From: the human T2T-CHM13v2.0 reference genome, Homo sapiens
Assembly (NCBI RefSeq): GCF_009914755.1
Contig: NC_060946.1
Length of the DNA: 64,000 nucleotides
Strand: one strand, 5' to 3'
Part shown: piece after piece, positions 18,669 to 34,884 of the stretch
Layout of the letters: each line of letters starts with the position of its first letter
Numbering within the stretch: position 1 is the stretch's first letter
Made by a program: the position numbers and the translations under genes
The notes under the pieces: model-generated
Told to the model about the DNA's origin: nothing
Seen by the model: only the letters and a program-made list of their open reading frames with translations
Database searches by the model: none

Positions 18669-20046
18669 AAACCCTCCAGGAGAAATACCCAGCATTCCTT
18701 ACAGGGCAGGCGGTTCTCTGGGTTCTTCACCTAAACCGCTAATATTCCATCTGACCCTGTCTGCTATGGTTTTCCTGCTTATATTTTCTCTGGATTTTTT
18801 CCCCTATTCTTTACTGATTTTAGTTACTCTTAGAAGAGCTTTGCAAGTTTTCTACAACAAATCCAAATTCAACATTACTTTAATAGAATTATGTGAACAG
18901 GACACAAAGACATAGATTAATAAGACATGGTGATCACCTAAGAATATACAAATTTGCGATGAAACAGACACATTCTATTTTAACTCTAATATACGGCTAG
19001 AGATGGGAAGGAGGGAGAAGTATTAGAGAGCAGAGGCTCAGAGGCAAAATGGTACATTCTTTCTCAATGCACTGGCAGGCAACAATGCAGATGATGGGGC
19101 TATAAAAGCAAAACACAGCCCTGACTATAAGGACCTTAGAGCCTAGTGAAATGGTGTTTGAAAATATTCTGCAAGTCTTTTTTCAGCAAAAATCTTATGT
19201 TGATATACCCAAAAGATAAGAGAGATGATGAGCTGCTCTGGCTGGAGTTGAGAAGAGGATGACCCTCACTTCTACCCCAGCCAGGCCACCTGTTTCCCAA
19301 AATGCCTCTGCAGACCTGGGGGAGCCCAGCACGGAAGAGATGAGAGTGCCCCCCTGCCGCCTTTCTTCCATCTTATTCTGTTTTGATATAACACTTAGCA
19401 CACTGCCACCTAACTATACAGCTAGTGCTACATGCATATTTTTTAAATAAAATGTGAGGGCTCTGAAATAATTTACAAGTCACTGGTCTAATAAATGGGA
19501 TTGCTCTAATATATGGGGAACAGTGGAATTGCCAGACACAAGGCACAAAAAGTTGTGTCCAAATCACTGGAATCCAAAACTAGACAAAGGATTATAAAGG
19601 TCTGACCAGTTTCTCTAAAATCCCAGGAAGTAGAAAGCTCATCTTAACTACTTTCTTACTTTATCCCTACAATTACTGTTTCCTTAGTCAGCTCTATCCG
19701 CTTGGCAGGAAGTTTCTTAAAATCTTTCATGCTTTCTTGAAACCTCCAACTCTCCATACCTCCCCCCCCTTCCCTAGGCAGAGGATCTTCAGTGCGCAAA
19801 GAGTACTCCTTACATTCCTGCCCCATGCGCAGCCTGCTTCTCACCCACACACCTCTGCTCGCACCTCTGCTCTCCTGTGGGAGAAGGATATTCTTACTAC
19901 CCAACGCCAATCACAGGGGATCACACTGGGTTCTGAGTTCCCCAGGAATGTCCTCAATCCAACATCCTCTCACTCTCCTGCATCTTCAACACCATCCTGT
20001 GTGCTGGCTCCTCATCAGAATTTACGCATGCTCTGGTTTCACATAC

Positions 20047-20348
20047 ACTTAGGATTTTCACTTCAGGATGGTGCCAAAGTGACAAGCATTCAGTAGAAAC
20101 CCTACTTTGAGTACCCACACAACCATTCTGCTTCTCACTTTTTCAGTATAGTATTCAATAAATGCAACACTTTTATTATAAAATGAGCTTTGTGTTAGGT
20201 GATTTTGCCCAATTATAGGCTCATGTAGGTAGGTGTTGCCAGCACATCCAAGGCTAGGCTAGGTTATGATATTCAGTAGGCCAGGTGCATTAAATATACC
20301 TTCGACTTAGGACGGATGGGTTTATCAGGATGTAACTCCATAAGAAGT
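20047..20348 (-). mobile_element. Tigger4b/MER46-like (Zombi) non-autonomous DNA transposon
   Basis: gcattcagtagaaaccctactttgagtaccca..., gatgggtttatcaggatgtaactccat. Confidence 0.75.
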
Positions 20349-21329
20349 ATTTATATTAAAAGAAAAAAACACATAAAAGAGTTCTCTTGATCCCAGATTC
20401 TCCCTGCATCTGTATTTTACTTTTCTCTAACAGCCAAACTTTAGGAAGGTCTGACTCCCAATTTACTGTCTTCACTTCACCTTTCTCATCAATACATGAC
20501 AATCTAGCTTTAGTTTACCACTCCCCAGAAGCCTGCCTCCCTCTCCACCCAACTGACATTTCTCAGTAATCTTGTCTACTGCCTCTGACACGAAAAAGTC
20601 TTCCCTGGTTCCATGCTCTCTGGAGTTTCCTCCAGCCTGTCTGGTGGGTCTTAAATAGCCCTGCTGCTATTTAAGAGCCACCATGCTCCCTTAATCGCTA
20701 GCTTTTCTCAGAGTTTCTGTTCTGGGCCCTTGAGCACTTGTCATTGTTAGCAAGAATAACATAACTCCCTGGGGGGTTCTGAAACTACAAAACCTTTTAG
20801 GGGGCTGAGACCCAAGTTAAGTCTCTATTACTAGCAGGAGATGCCCATCAATTAGGAAGCAAGGAAGAAACAACTTCTCTACATACTTACATTATTAATC
20901 TACCCCTAAGGGCAACCTCATGTACTCCTAGGCTGGAATTATGATATACATGCAACCTCCAAGTCTTAATCTATAGCCCAGTTCCTTCTCCTAAATGGCA
21001 GATCTGTGCTCAAACACGTGATGTCTTACAAGCATCTCTAACTTACATTCAAAACCAAGTTCATCACTTTATACCCTATTCCAATATTCGCTTCCTCAGT
21101 TGTTTTCTATTTTAATGAATGGCAATGCCATCACCTAGTTTCCCAAAACAAGTTTTGCCTCTCCTTGGCACCTCCTCCCTCACCAAGTCCACTTTCAACA
21201 GCTCTCATCCTACCACCACTATCCTCAATAATGTCACTTAACACATTTGGCCCACTGTGTATCAAATACTGCTGCCTATATAGCAGTGAAGGAGGCATGC
21301 TTAACCCTGAGAGGAAAAGGGAGATAAAC

Positions 21330-22380
<1,051 letters not shown>

Positions 22381-22399
22381 GGCTGCAGGTTACAGGTGA

Positions 22400-22960
22400 T
22401 TTTTACAGTCAAATCACATACAGCATATGATTTAATCAGTTTTGATGAATGCCTATCAAGACCTAACCATTTCTATACTCTAAAAAGTTCCCTCACATCT
22501 TCTCTTGGTCAATCCCTTTCTACCCAAGAAGCAACACCAATCTGAAATCTAGTACATAAATAAGTTCTGCCCATTCTGGAATGTCCATTAAGTGGGATCA
22601 CCCATTACATATGATTTTTGGTTTTTCACTGAGCATATTTGTGAGATTAATCCTTATTACACGTATCTGTAGTTTGTTCCTTTTTGTTTGTGGTCTTCCA
22701 TTGTATGAACATGCCAATTTGTTATCTACTGTCTCGCTGATGGACATCTGGACTGTTTAGTTTTGGTTATTATTTGGCTATTAATATTCTTATGTAAGTC
22801 TTATTTGTGGACATTTTCATTTCTCTTGGATAAATACCTAGAAATTAAACTGCTGGGTCACAGGGCAGATGTATGTTCAACTTTTTGAGAAACTGCCAGT
22901 TTTCCAAAGTGGTTGCATCATTTTATACTCCCATCAGCAGTGCATTCAAGTTCCAGCTGC
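22400..22960 (-). mobile_element. Old L1M(E) 3' fragment
   Basis: ctgatggacatctggactg, ttctcttggataaatacctag...tgctgggtca, ttttccaaagtggttgcatcattttatactccc. Confidence 0.75.
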
Positions 22961-23119
22961 CTGACTCCTACGTGTTTTGCTTAAATAACTCTTACCTATG
23001 CCACAATCAAACTCACAGTCTTTCAGCTCTTCAAACATATTTCATTCTACATTTTTTTTTTTGAGACCTTTGTGGATGCACTCAGGATACATTCCTCCTT
23101 GCCCCATCCCCTTTGCTGC

Positions 23120-24200
<1,081 letters not shown>

Positions 24201-24494
24201 AGAGGTGGGAAGAGACACTGAGCTCAGCAGGCTGATGAGGAAATACATGGTCCCGCTCTGAGAACCCTCCAGTGACCTCTCAAGTCAGGGTTATACACCT
24301 GGTACAGCATCTTCTATTCCCCTTATGAGAATACTTTTGATAACCCTATTTAATTGCCCTTCTCTACTATATACTAGGCCAATATTTGAGAACATAAAAT
24401 CAACAGAATTAGCACGGACCAGCCCTGCTCTTAGACACTGGACTAAGACCAGTCCAGTGTCTTAGTACATAGCACAACATAGACTGATGGTTTA

Positions 24495-24700
24495 ATGGAC
24501 AGCTACCATTCTGAGTGCCACCTGCAGGCAGTCCACTTCACCATATACTTTTCCTATTTTAGTGCCTTCCCCCAACAGCCCAAAAGAAGATATATCTCCG
24601 TTGCACAGATAAGGAAACTACAGCTCAGGCAAAATGCCAAAAGTCACTGATAGCAAGTGATGGAGCCAGGATGAGGTTGCACATCCTCCTTCACACGCTC
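24495..24700 (-). mobile_element. MIR
   Basis: ttgcacagataaggaaactacagctcagg...agtgatggagccaggat. Confidence 0.65.
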
Positions 24701-25757
24701 TGCTGCCTTCCATCACGTGGACTTTCTTCAGCAATAATATCCTCTCACATCACTACCAAAGGGATACAGAATCTGGCCTCAGGTAATTGGTCTCCCACAG
24801 CACTAAGTCAGGGAAACGCCCAGAGAAGTACCCCTGCTTGACTTCTCAAGAATCCCTATTTCTTGCCAAGCACAGTGAACATTCTCCAGACTCTCAAAGT
24901 AGTGCTTCATCCTTAGGGCACTTCTAAATGCAGCAGTGAAATCTGGCTTCCCTGAAACTGAGGTCTGGAGGTAAGCTGCTGGAGCCTTAACTCTTTTTCA
25001 ATTCTAGAAACCCATTTTAGCCACCTATCAGGAGTTTCACCCTACATCCAAAAGGCCTCACTCTAAATGAACTAAATCTGATCATGGCCAAGGAAGTTTC
25101 TCCATGTCACCTATTTTGGACCAAGGCATAATTAGGATGAGAGAAACCAATGGGGCCTAAGAAGACAACACTACACATCTTTGTGAAAATTAACAGCAGT
25201 ACAATTTTGTCTCTGCTTTCAAGCTTGATGTGTGCCATCTCTCCTTGATATCTTAAGATTGGAACTACATAGGCTTTTTCCTAAGCGAGTACATTAACAC
25301 CCAGGAGCTTCCTTTTTCCACTCAAGAGCCACTGTGAACTATGCTGGTAAGAGCGTGGGGCATAGATGGCAAAGAATAGGTCCTACCCTTGATTCTGTCA
25401 GTATAAAGCCACATAACTTTGGGTAAATGACCAGCCTCTTGGCATCTTCCTGAGTTGTAAAGCCAAAGGGTTAGACTAGACAATTTTTTAGGTGTCTTCC
25501 AGCTCTAAAATTCTATAATCAGAGAGTATGGAAAGGATGGGAGAAGGCACGCTGGATGCCAGCTGGCTGGGAAAGACTGAGAGGATGAGCCCTCCTGGCT
25601 ATGGTTAACAAAGCCTTTCTGATCCGCACAGTTCCCTCCCTTGCCAGAGCCTCTGCTTAGAGCTATCCTTGCTTTCCTTGACATCCCCACCCCCCTACCC
25701 AAACAGAAGATCCCCAACACAGAAACATGAACACATCTACAGGTCTAGATCTAAAGT

Positions 25758-25796
25758 GGGGCGGGGGCGGGGCGGGGGCAGGGTGGGGGAGGGGGG
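25758..25796 (+). repeat. G-run tract / G-quadruplex motif with GC boxes
   Basis: ggggcgggggcggggcgggggcagggtgggggagggggg: seven runs of three or more G. Confidence 0.85.
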
Positions 25797-26804
25797 AGAA
25801 ACAGACATAACCAGAGAATGTTTCCTACACTGTCTAACACTCACCAATATTACAATACATCTCCACATTTTTTATCAGGATGATTTTTTAAAAAAAGCAG
25901 ACAACACTCCTCTTTCTTAGCCTTTACAAGGTACCACTAATGATCTCCCTTAAGCTCTTTTGAGCCAGGTCCCTATTCACAAACCAAAAAGATATAAACA
26001 GAGGGAACACTTCAACCAGCCCACTTCCATCCTTTGGATTAACTTCTCAAGATGCTCAGGGCTAAACAAATTATTTACTTTGTTTAATGTCATTTTCATC
26101 CAGCCCACAGATCAAGTTCGACTGCCCTACTGGCAGAAAAGGCTTCAGAACAGGGATTATCTTTGTGACCACTCTAAAGTAACATCCCCTGAGTTATTTC
26201 ACATTGTTTTCTTATTTTCTTCACCGCTATTATCATCACCTGACATTTTTATTTACTGTTTACAGTCTGTCTCCAGAGTAGGCTCTTTCTTGCCCACCAT
26301 CACATTTCCCATACTTAGAATGCCTGTAAATACTTGTTAATGCAAATTAGCACACACATGCACGCGGACCTTAATCCACATTCAGGGACATGACATTCAA
26401 AAGTGGAAACCATCTTCCAATCATACTGATATCAAATGTTCCAATGAATTTCTACTCTTTCCTATAGAACAGCTTACATATGCATACTGCAATAATGATA
26501 TTTTCCCTAGTAGTTTTAATTCCCCACTATGAAACACCAGATAATAAGCCACGGATATACCAGCTAACTCATGTTATAGTTCATCTTCCTGCTGGGTCAC
26601 GCATATTACCCAAAAAGCAAACATTGCTCTTACACAGAAAGTACTGATTGTGTTTGTCGCCATGAGAACCTTTTCACCCATACCACATGTACCAAGGGTA
26701 TTACAGGACTTTCAACAGCCTAACCAATAATCAAAAACTATCCAGTGCAATGTGACCAAATTATGCTCTACTAACTATAAATACCTTGATTTCAGTATAC
26801 TGTA

Positions 26805-27012
26805 TTCTTTTTCTTCTTTTTTTGGACAGGATCTTGCTCTGTCTCCCAGGCTGGAGTACAATGGCAACAACATGGCTCACTGTAGCCTCAACCTCTCAGG
26901 TTCAAATGATCCTCACACCTCAGCCTCCTGAATAGTCTGGACTACAGGCACCCACGTCACATCTGGCCTTTTTTATTTTGCAGAGACCAGGTCTCACTAT
27001 GTTGCCCAGGCT
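26805..27012 (-). mobile_element. AluJ, partial
   Basis: Reverse right arm plus part of the left arm. Confidence 0.85.
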
Positions 27013-27978
27013 TACTGTATTTCAAAGGTATCACTGTCATGTACCGTTTTACTTCAATGGTTTTATTGTTTTGCTTTATCTTGTTACTTTTTTACCTCCA
27101 CAAAAAGAAAATGAAGACAGCAGAGACAAAGCCCCAGACAGAATGAATGAGTACTAAGGTGCCTTGAACACAAAGTCCCCATGAGTAAGAAGGCTTAAGG
27201 CATACTGTGGAAAGAACTGTCTTTGGTAAATATATCTTTTGAGTCCCACCCAGTCGAACTGAGTGAGAGCAGTCACCATACAAAATGATTCTAGTGCATT
27301 GTAAACTAGTCAGGAAGAGATAGCCCTTTACGTATTATGTTACTCTTTAAGCTGATACCAAAGTTTTCAGCTCAGGACAGAATGACGGAATTAAGTATGA
27401 AAAGAGAAATTTTTTCACAGATTAAATCTCAAGTACACTGGCAAAACTGACCAAGTATGGGCAAGGTAAAAGTTTAGGGAACTCCCAGGGGGTCACAAAA
27501 CCATAAGCAGTCACAAAAACCACCCTTTCCAGTATTTCACCTAAATCTAGATTTCAGGTTCATCATAGCTTTAAAATTAAAAAAAAAAAAAAAGAGGGGC
27601 ACAGCAGGAAGATATGGATTCCAGGGCCGCACTTACCACTGACTGATTTGTGCCTTGAGCAGGCAACAAACCTAGTACAGCACAGGCTCTGGAGCCAACA
27701 GCAGGAGGGTTATATCTAAGCCTTGAGCCTCATTAGCTCTACCAGCTCTCAGGGAAAGGAAAGGTCATCTATCTCTAAGGTCAGCTGGGTGGATATTGTA
27801 ACACAATTTAAAATGCCTTGGACAGAGTCTAGCACAAAAGCTTGTTTTTTATACAAATGCCAGCATTTTTTCCTGCCTATATGAAAGGTAGGTTGGACTC
27901 ATGAGAAAAAGTCCAACTCCAATTAAGTGTGATCATTTCAATTACATTCCATTTTATCTTACAGAGTTTTAAAAAGTT

Positions 27979-28309
<331 letters not shown>

Positions 28310-28483
28310 TTATGGAACCTAAAAGCCATGTCTCCCGATATCTTACCAACTTTGGCAACCTCTCACGTGAATACACACAAATTACTTTGTAGAATGAAAA
28401 TTTTATAACAATTTTTTCCCTTGTAAGTTTTATAAGACAAGTGTAATATACATGTGAGCATGATAACTGCTTACAATTTAATA

Positions 28484-28788
<305 letters not shown>

Positions 28789-28916
28789 CAATTTGAGTAA
28801 TCGGAGTTTTTTTAAACACCACACTGAACGCAAGGTCATAATTCAAATCCTAACAAACTGTTTATTCTAGAAAATCACAAATAATCTGTGTGGCTATATA
28901 AAAGTGTCTACTTGTG

Positions 28917-29279
<363 letters not shown>

Positions 29280-29359
29280 TCAATAATTATAAGCACTCTG
29301 CCCCTATGCTGGGATCCTTTTGGAAACTGTTCAAAGAGACTGAATCAAAAAGTGATCTA

Positions 29360-29697
<338 letters not shown>

Positions 29698-31834
29698 TAA
29701 AAAGTGATCTGAGAAAGACATATTGTAACATATTGGGCTCATATCCGGCCCAGCAGCACAGTTCTAGAAATTTAAGACAAATTCTGAGGTTGGTATAGAA
29801 ATACTTACCAGTCAAAAGCACAGCCTAAGGCCTTCACACACCATAAAATCAGTGAAACTAATTGCGGTTCTTCAGCATCTGCGGAGCACTGGCTACCAGT
29901 AAGGAGAAAGTTGGGGATGCAGATAATCAGTGCACCCTGAGGTGACAGTTAATTCCACTAGCATACCATTTCACAGGAGATGTTATGGCATTCTACTTCA
30001 TCCCCCTACTCTGAGAATGCTGAAACTGGCTGGAAATTTCAACAGTTAGCCAAATGTCAAATGTCCTTTGAAGAACTTTAATAAAATCTGGATCCTCCAA
30101 AATCCCCTGCGTAGAAAGATCTTGGAACTCCTCTGAGCCAACATACACAGACCCAATCACATGTTATCCACACATTTTCCAAGTAGACAAATATTCTCTG
30201 AAACATTTTCTGATAACTTCTTTCACAAAGACAAAAAATATGTTAAGGTGCATTCCACCTAGGTCAGAATAATACACTTTCTGATCTGAAGCACAGAACA
30301 GCAAGTGGGATTTCAAAAAAGAGCGTACCCTGACCAACTTTTATGCTCTGTTGAAGGCAGAGGCTGGAAGCTTAAAGACAGGCTTTTAAAAGCCAGCTAA
30401 GGTACAGTCTGCATTTCTCAGAAAAGTTGCCTATGGCTAAAACAGAGCACAAAATGAGAGATAAAAAAGCAAAACCACAAACCCCTGTACCGTCTGACCC
30501 GGGAGTCCTCACTTAACAGATGAGAAAATTACCAGGGAAAGTAACTTGCCCTGGGCTGCAGTTTATTTGGCGTCAAAGCTGTAAGCAGATTCCTGGTCTC
30601 CCAGGTCGGAATTCAGTGTAGCTTCCCCATCCACCTAACTGCCACCCCACGGAAGATGCTGTATAAAACTCTTCACTCTTCACTGAGGCTGTTAACATAA
30701 GGGTCCAATTATCATTCAAAGATCAGCCTGTTAGATAATAGCTCGAAAATTCCATCCATTTTACAGCAGTTACCAGAGACATCTAATCTTCGAGGAAAAA
30801 AAAGCAAAAAGGAAAAGGGGGAAATCCTAATTTTGACCTGACCCCTAAGGTCAAACTAAAGGATTGAATACAGACCAGCAGACCGTATTGGTATCCGCAA
30901 CCACAAAAACAGACAATAATCCCACCCACAAGCAGAGGAAGACGGCCGCTCCTCGGCACCGCCCCCCAACTCACTAAATTCCACTCCCATTCCGGCGTCC
31001 AGAGGACAGTGCACCTCCCGCCGTAGCCTGAGAGGGATCGGCCCGATTGGCCACGCTCCTTCAAACCACCACTTTCCCCCGAAAAAGGGACGAAAGCCTC
31101 AGGTCCCCAAACGAGCGCTCCCTCGCCCAGAGACCCCGGCTTGCACACCCCGCCCTGTTCCCCGCGGCGCGGGAGGAGAGGCCGCCCCACACAGGAAGTG
31201 TGTCCTGCGCCGGGACCTTGCGCCCAACCCGCCGGTACCTGCCCTCCGCCCCCAACAGGCGAGAAGCAGCCGCGTCCACATGGCTTCAGGTGTTCACATG
31301 GCAGTAAACGGGCCCCTGCTCTCCTGGGCGCCCCAGCGCGGCGCCCTCCCGCCCACATCCCGGCCCAGCCCCGCTGGCCTCGCCTCCAGCCCGTAGCCAA
31401 GAGGCGAGCGCGGCCGGTGCCCCCGGGGCTGCCAGGGGCCCCGAAGCAGGCGGCGCTGACTCCCGGACGCCGCCCGCTCACACCCGCCGCCTTTGCACCC
31501 AAGGCCTCGCGCGACCAGCAGGTAGACCTTCCCTCCGCACCCTCGGGCCAGCACCGGCACCCAAGCCCCGCCGGAACCCCGGGCCGGCCCAAGACACCTT
31601 AGCCCTCTGATGCCAGGCCTGGCCCGGGCCCCTGCCCGCACTCTTGGGTCGGGCCGGGCAGCAACACTCCCCTCAGCACCCCAAGCCCTGACTCGGAGTC
31701 CAGGAGGCTCCGCACTCCCAGGTTGGGTCCGGCCGGGACCTCTGCTCCCAGCCCCCGAGGCCGGACACCCCGGCCCGGCCCCAGTCCTTCAGGCCCAACC
31801 CTCTCCCTGCCCCTCAGGCCCGGGAGGCGGTTAC

Positions 31835-32149
31835 CTGCAGGAGCCCCCCGCCCAGTCCCTCGGCCTCCGCCGGGGGCGGGCGGGGAGGGAGCGGTGGCGA
31901 CGGCGGGCGGCGCTGCGCGGGGTGGGGGTGGGGGTGGCTCCGCCGCCTCCAGCTCGGGCGCCCGGGCCGGCGGCGGGGCGGGCCGGGGCCGCGGCCCCTC
32001 GAGGCTCGCTCCGGCCCGCGCGCTCGCTCCCCGGTCAGGCGCGCCTCAGGGCGGGCTCCCCTGGCGGAGGCCGCGGCCGCCTCGCAGGGGCCGAAAGCGG
32101 CTGGGCTCGGGGTTTTTTCTCTCCATTCTCCCAACACACAGGAAATAAC
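31835..32149 (-). other. TCF20: Non-coding first exon of TCF20 (main promoter); bases 1-31834 are its intron 1
   Basis: Consensus donor CTGCAG|GTAACC at 31835/31834 just downstream of CCAAT/GC-box elements. The ~315-nt exon, second promoter ~13 kb upstream and overlapping antisense lncRNA match my recollection of TCF20 (chr22q13.2). TSS approximate; not database-verified. Confidence 0.8.
32046..32126 (-). other. Upstream ORF (26 aa, MERKNPEPSRFRPLRGGRGLRQGSPP*) in the first exon
   Basis: ATG at 32126-32124 in strong context GGAGAATGG (A at -3, G at +4); TGA at 32048-32046. Confidence 0.7.
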
Positions 32150-34344
32150 AGAGCGTCAGGTGACGGCGCGCGGCCAATGGGGAGGCTCCGGGCCGCGGCG
32201 CGCGGGCGGGCGGGAGGGCGCGCGGCGGGGCGGGGCGCGCGGCGGGGGCGGGGCGCTGGGGGCGGGGCCGGGCGCGCGCGTGCCCACCCGCGTGCGGCGG
32301 CGTCGAGGCTGGCGCGCGCCGGGTAGGGATCGCGAAGACCCCCACCTCGCGGCAGGGTCGCACGGGGTTCTCCTCTGCGGCCGCTGGGCGCCGCGCGCCA
32401 CCCGCCCAGTGCCATCTTGGCCTGCGCCTCAGGGCCGTCTTGGGGGTGGACGCGAGCCAACTTTCTGGGGGAGTTGGTGGCCCGGAATCTCTCTGGGATT
32501 TCTGGAGTTCCCTGGAGCCTCCAACTCCAGAATCGCGCCTCTTGCGGCCCGGGAGGTCCGCGGGCGAGGACCCGGTCTCCTCTCGGTGACCTGTTTAGTG
32601 GGGTCGGGCGTGGGGGCGGCTCCTGCCCGCCAAGAGCCCTCTGGGCCGGGGGCAGCCCAAGACCTAGCTGGTCCCGCCTGGGTCCCTGGCAGCCCCCGCC
32701 CATGGGTTCCAGGTGTCCGTGGAGGAACGACTTGGGTCCTCTCAGAGCCTCAGTTTCCACCGCGGAAAACGCGAGGAGGGAGGCCCACCTACCTCACCTG
32801 TAAAACGGACGCTCCAGCTGCCTTCTGCTGCGGCATTAAGAAGCTGCAATGCCAGGCTGACTGCGCCCAGGGTCCCGAATTAATTTGCCGATAAGGCGGA
32901 GGATTTGCGGTGCCAAGGCCTCAGCTTGTTCCCAGCCTTCCTTTGCAAACCTGATGTTTCTAAAGCAAAGGAAGGGCTTGACTTCTTTATAAAGAAAATC
33001 GCAATTGTAGAGCAACTAATATGTAGATGTTGGTGCCCCCACGGCCATCAAAAGTGACAAGGCCAGCAAGAGTAGGATGCGTTGAGAATTTGTGATCCTG
33101 CCCCTGACCTTTGACCTGGCCAAATTCTCCTCCCACTTTGGGCCTCAGTTTCCTGTGGGTGAGGAGAGTTTGGATTAGATGTCCCTAATGTTGGCTAAAA
33201 TTGCCGATTCTAAATTAGGCTCCCATCTGTCCTAGATGTTAGGGGAGTATGTGGCTTCCTCTCCTGAAGCAACCCAACTTAAAAGTTGGGATTGGAAAAG
33301 TGCTTCCGGCAGCAGGTGGGGATTGTCAGGAACCAGGTGTGGTCTGGAACCCAGATTTCCATATATTTGAGGTACACAGCTTCCCGGGGCCTGCTTTTAC
33401 TTTTTGACCTTTCACCCCACCTAGCCATTGCCTTTTCTCAGGCTACCCAAGGAGGGTCTCAGGGTCCCAGGCAGAGCCCCAGGTGGTCCTGGGCCCCTTG
33501 GCAGGAGCATGTACTTGGGGAAGGCAGTGATTTCTCCTGGCTTCTGTCCAATCTCACAAAGTGGGGGCTGGCTCCAAAGCAGGTCAGGACTATTCCTGGG
33601 GACTTGATTCCCCAACACCTCCTGCATGCCAGGCTCTTCCGGGGCAGAGCTGAACAAGCCACGGGGCCCTGCCCTCTGATTATTCCCATTGTTCTTCTGA
33701 GTTTCATTTTCAAATTCTCAGGCCTCAAGACTTTTAAAAGACCAGTACCTGGCTTCTCCTGGGATCAGGGCTGTAAAGGGAAAGCTGGAAGAGGCACTCA
33801 GCACAAATCAATGTTTTCTGGACAAAAATAGGAGAATGCAGGGCCTCCTGAAGACTGGTGTTGGGGGCACCCTTAATTTCTTGAGAGAATTCATGAAGAA
33901 AGATGAATCCTTTTTCCTTAGAGTCCCCTGCCCCATCATTCTTCCATTCTTTCCCTTCTTCATAACCTCACTTGCGTCTCAGATGCAGGGCCCGGGGGAT
34001 GCTGACAATCTGTCGCAGAGCCTCATTCAAAAGGGAAAGAATAAAGAATGCAGACAGATAACTGGAGTCCAGGCGCCTGTCAGCTCCTGCCTCTTATAAC
34101 CATGCAGCCCCCTCCCCGCCCTTTCAGACCCTGCCAGAACATTGCCCCAATGCCCTCCACCTGGAAACTTCCCCAGTCCTTGGACCAGGCCAGCTGGGCC
34201 TCTTTATCCCTGAAAGCCTGCCACTTTCTCTTTTGGTTCCATCTGGAAAAAGAACGTGTATGGGCATCATAGCCAACAGGAAGATGTGGGTTACTCTTGG
34301 ACTGCGTGGCCTTGGACAAGTCACTTCCCCCTTTGGTTTCCTCA

Positions 34345-34515
<171 letters not shown>

Positions 34516-34574
34516 AATTTTTTTTTAATTACCTCACTCATAAGGTGTTGTGGGACTCTCAAGAGAGCTGCATA

Positions 34575-34884
<310 letters not shown>

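Larger units (their letters stand above)
30890..32910. promoter_or_regulatory. CpG island / promoter shared by the minus-strand gene and the plus-strand lncRNA
   Basis: Very high GC and CpG density. CCAAT at 32174-32178, paired TGACG half-CREs at 32153-32165, many GC boxes at 32200-32275, YY1-like GCCATCTTGG at 32411-32420, ETS ACAGGAAGTG at 31191-31200. Confidence 0.95.

Noticed and set aside
31835-32149. Alternative gene identities (WASF2, LUZP1) for the minus-strand first exon
   Set aside because: Exon size, the second donor-bearing CpG island 13 kb upstream and the overlapping antisense two-exon transcript fit TCF20/OGFRP1 better; the HTR1D CDS expected near LUZP1 is absent.
30783-32894. 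Long overlapping ORFs (238-269 aa) on both strands in the CpG island
   Set aside because: G/P/A/R-rich low-complexity translations expected from stop-poor GC-rich DNA; no domain signal, mostly non-ATG starts.
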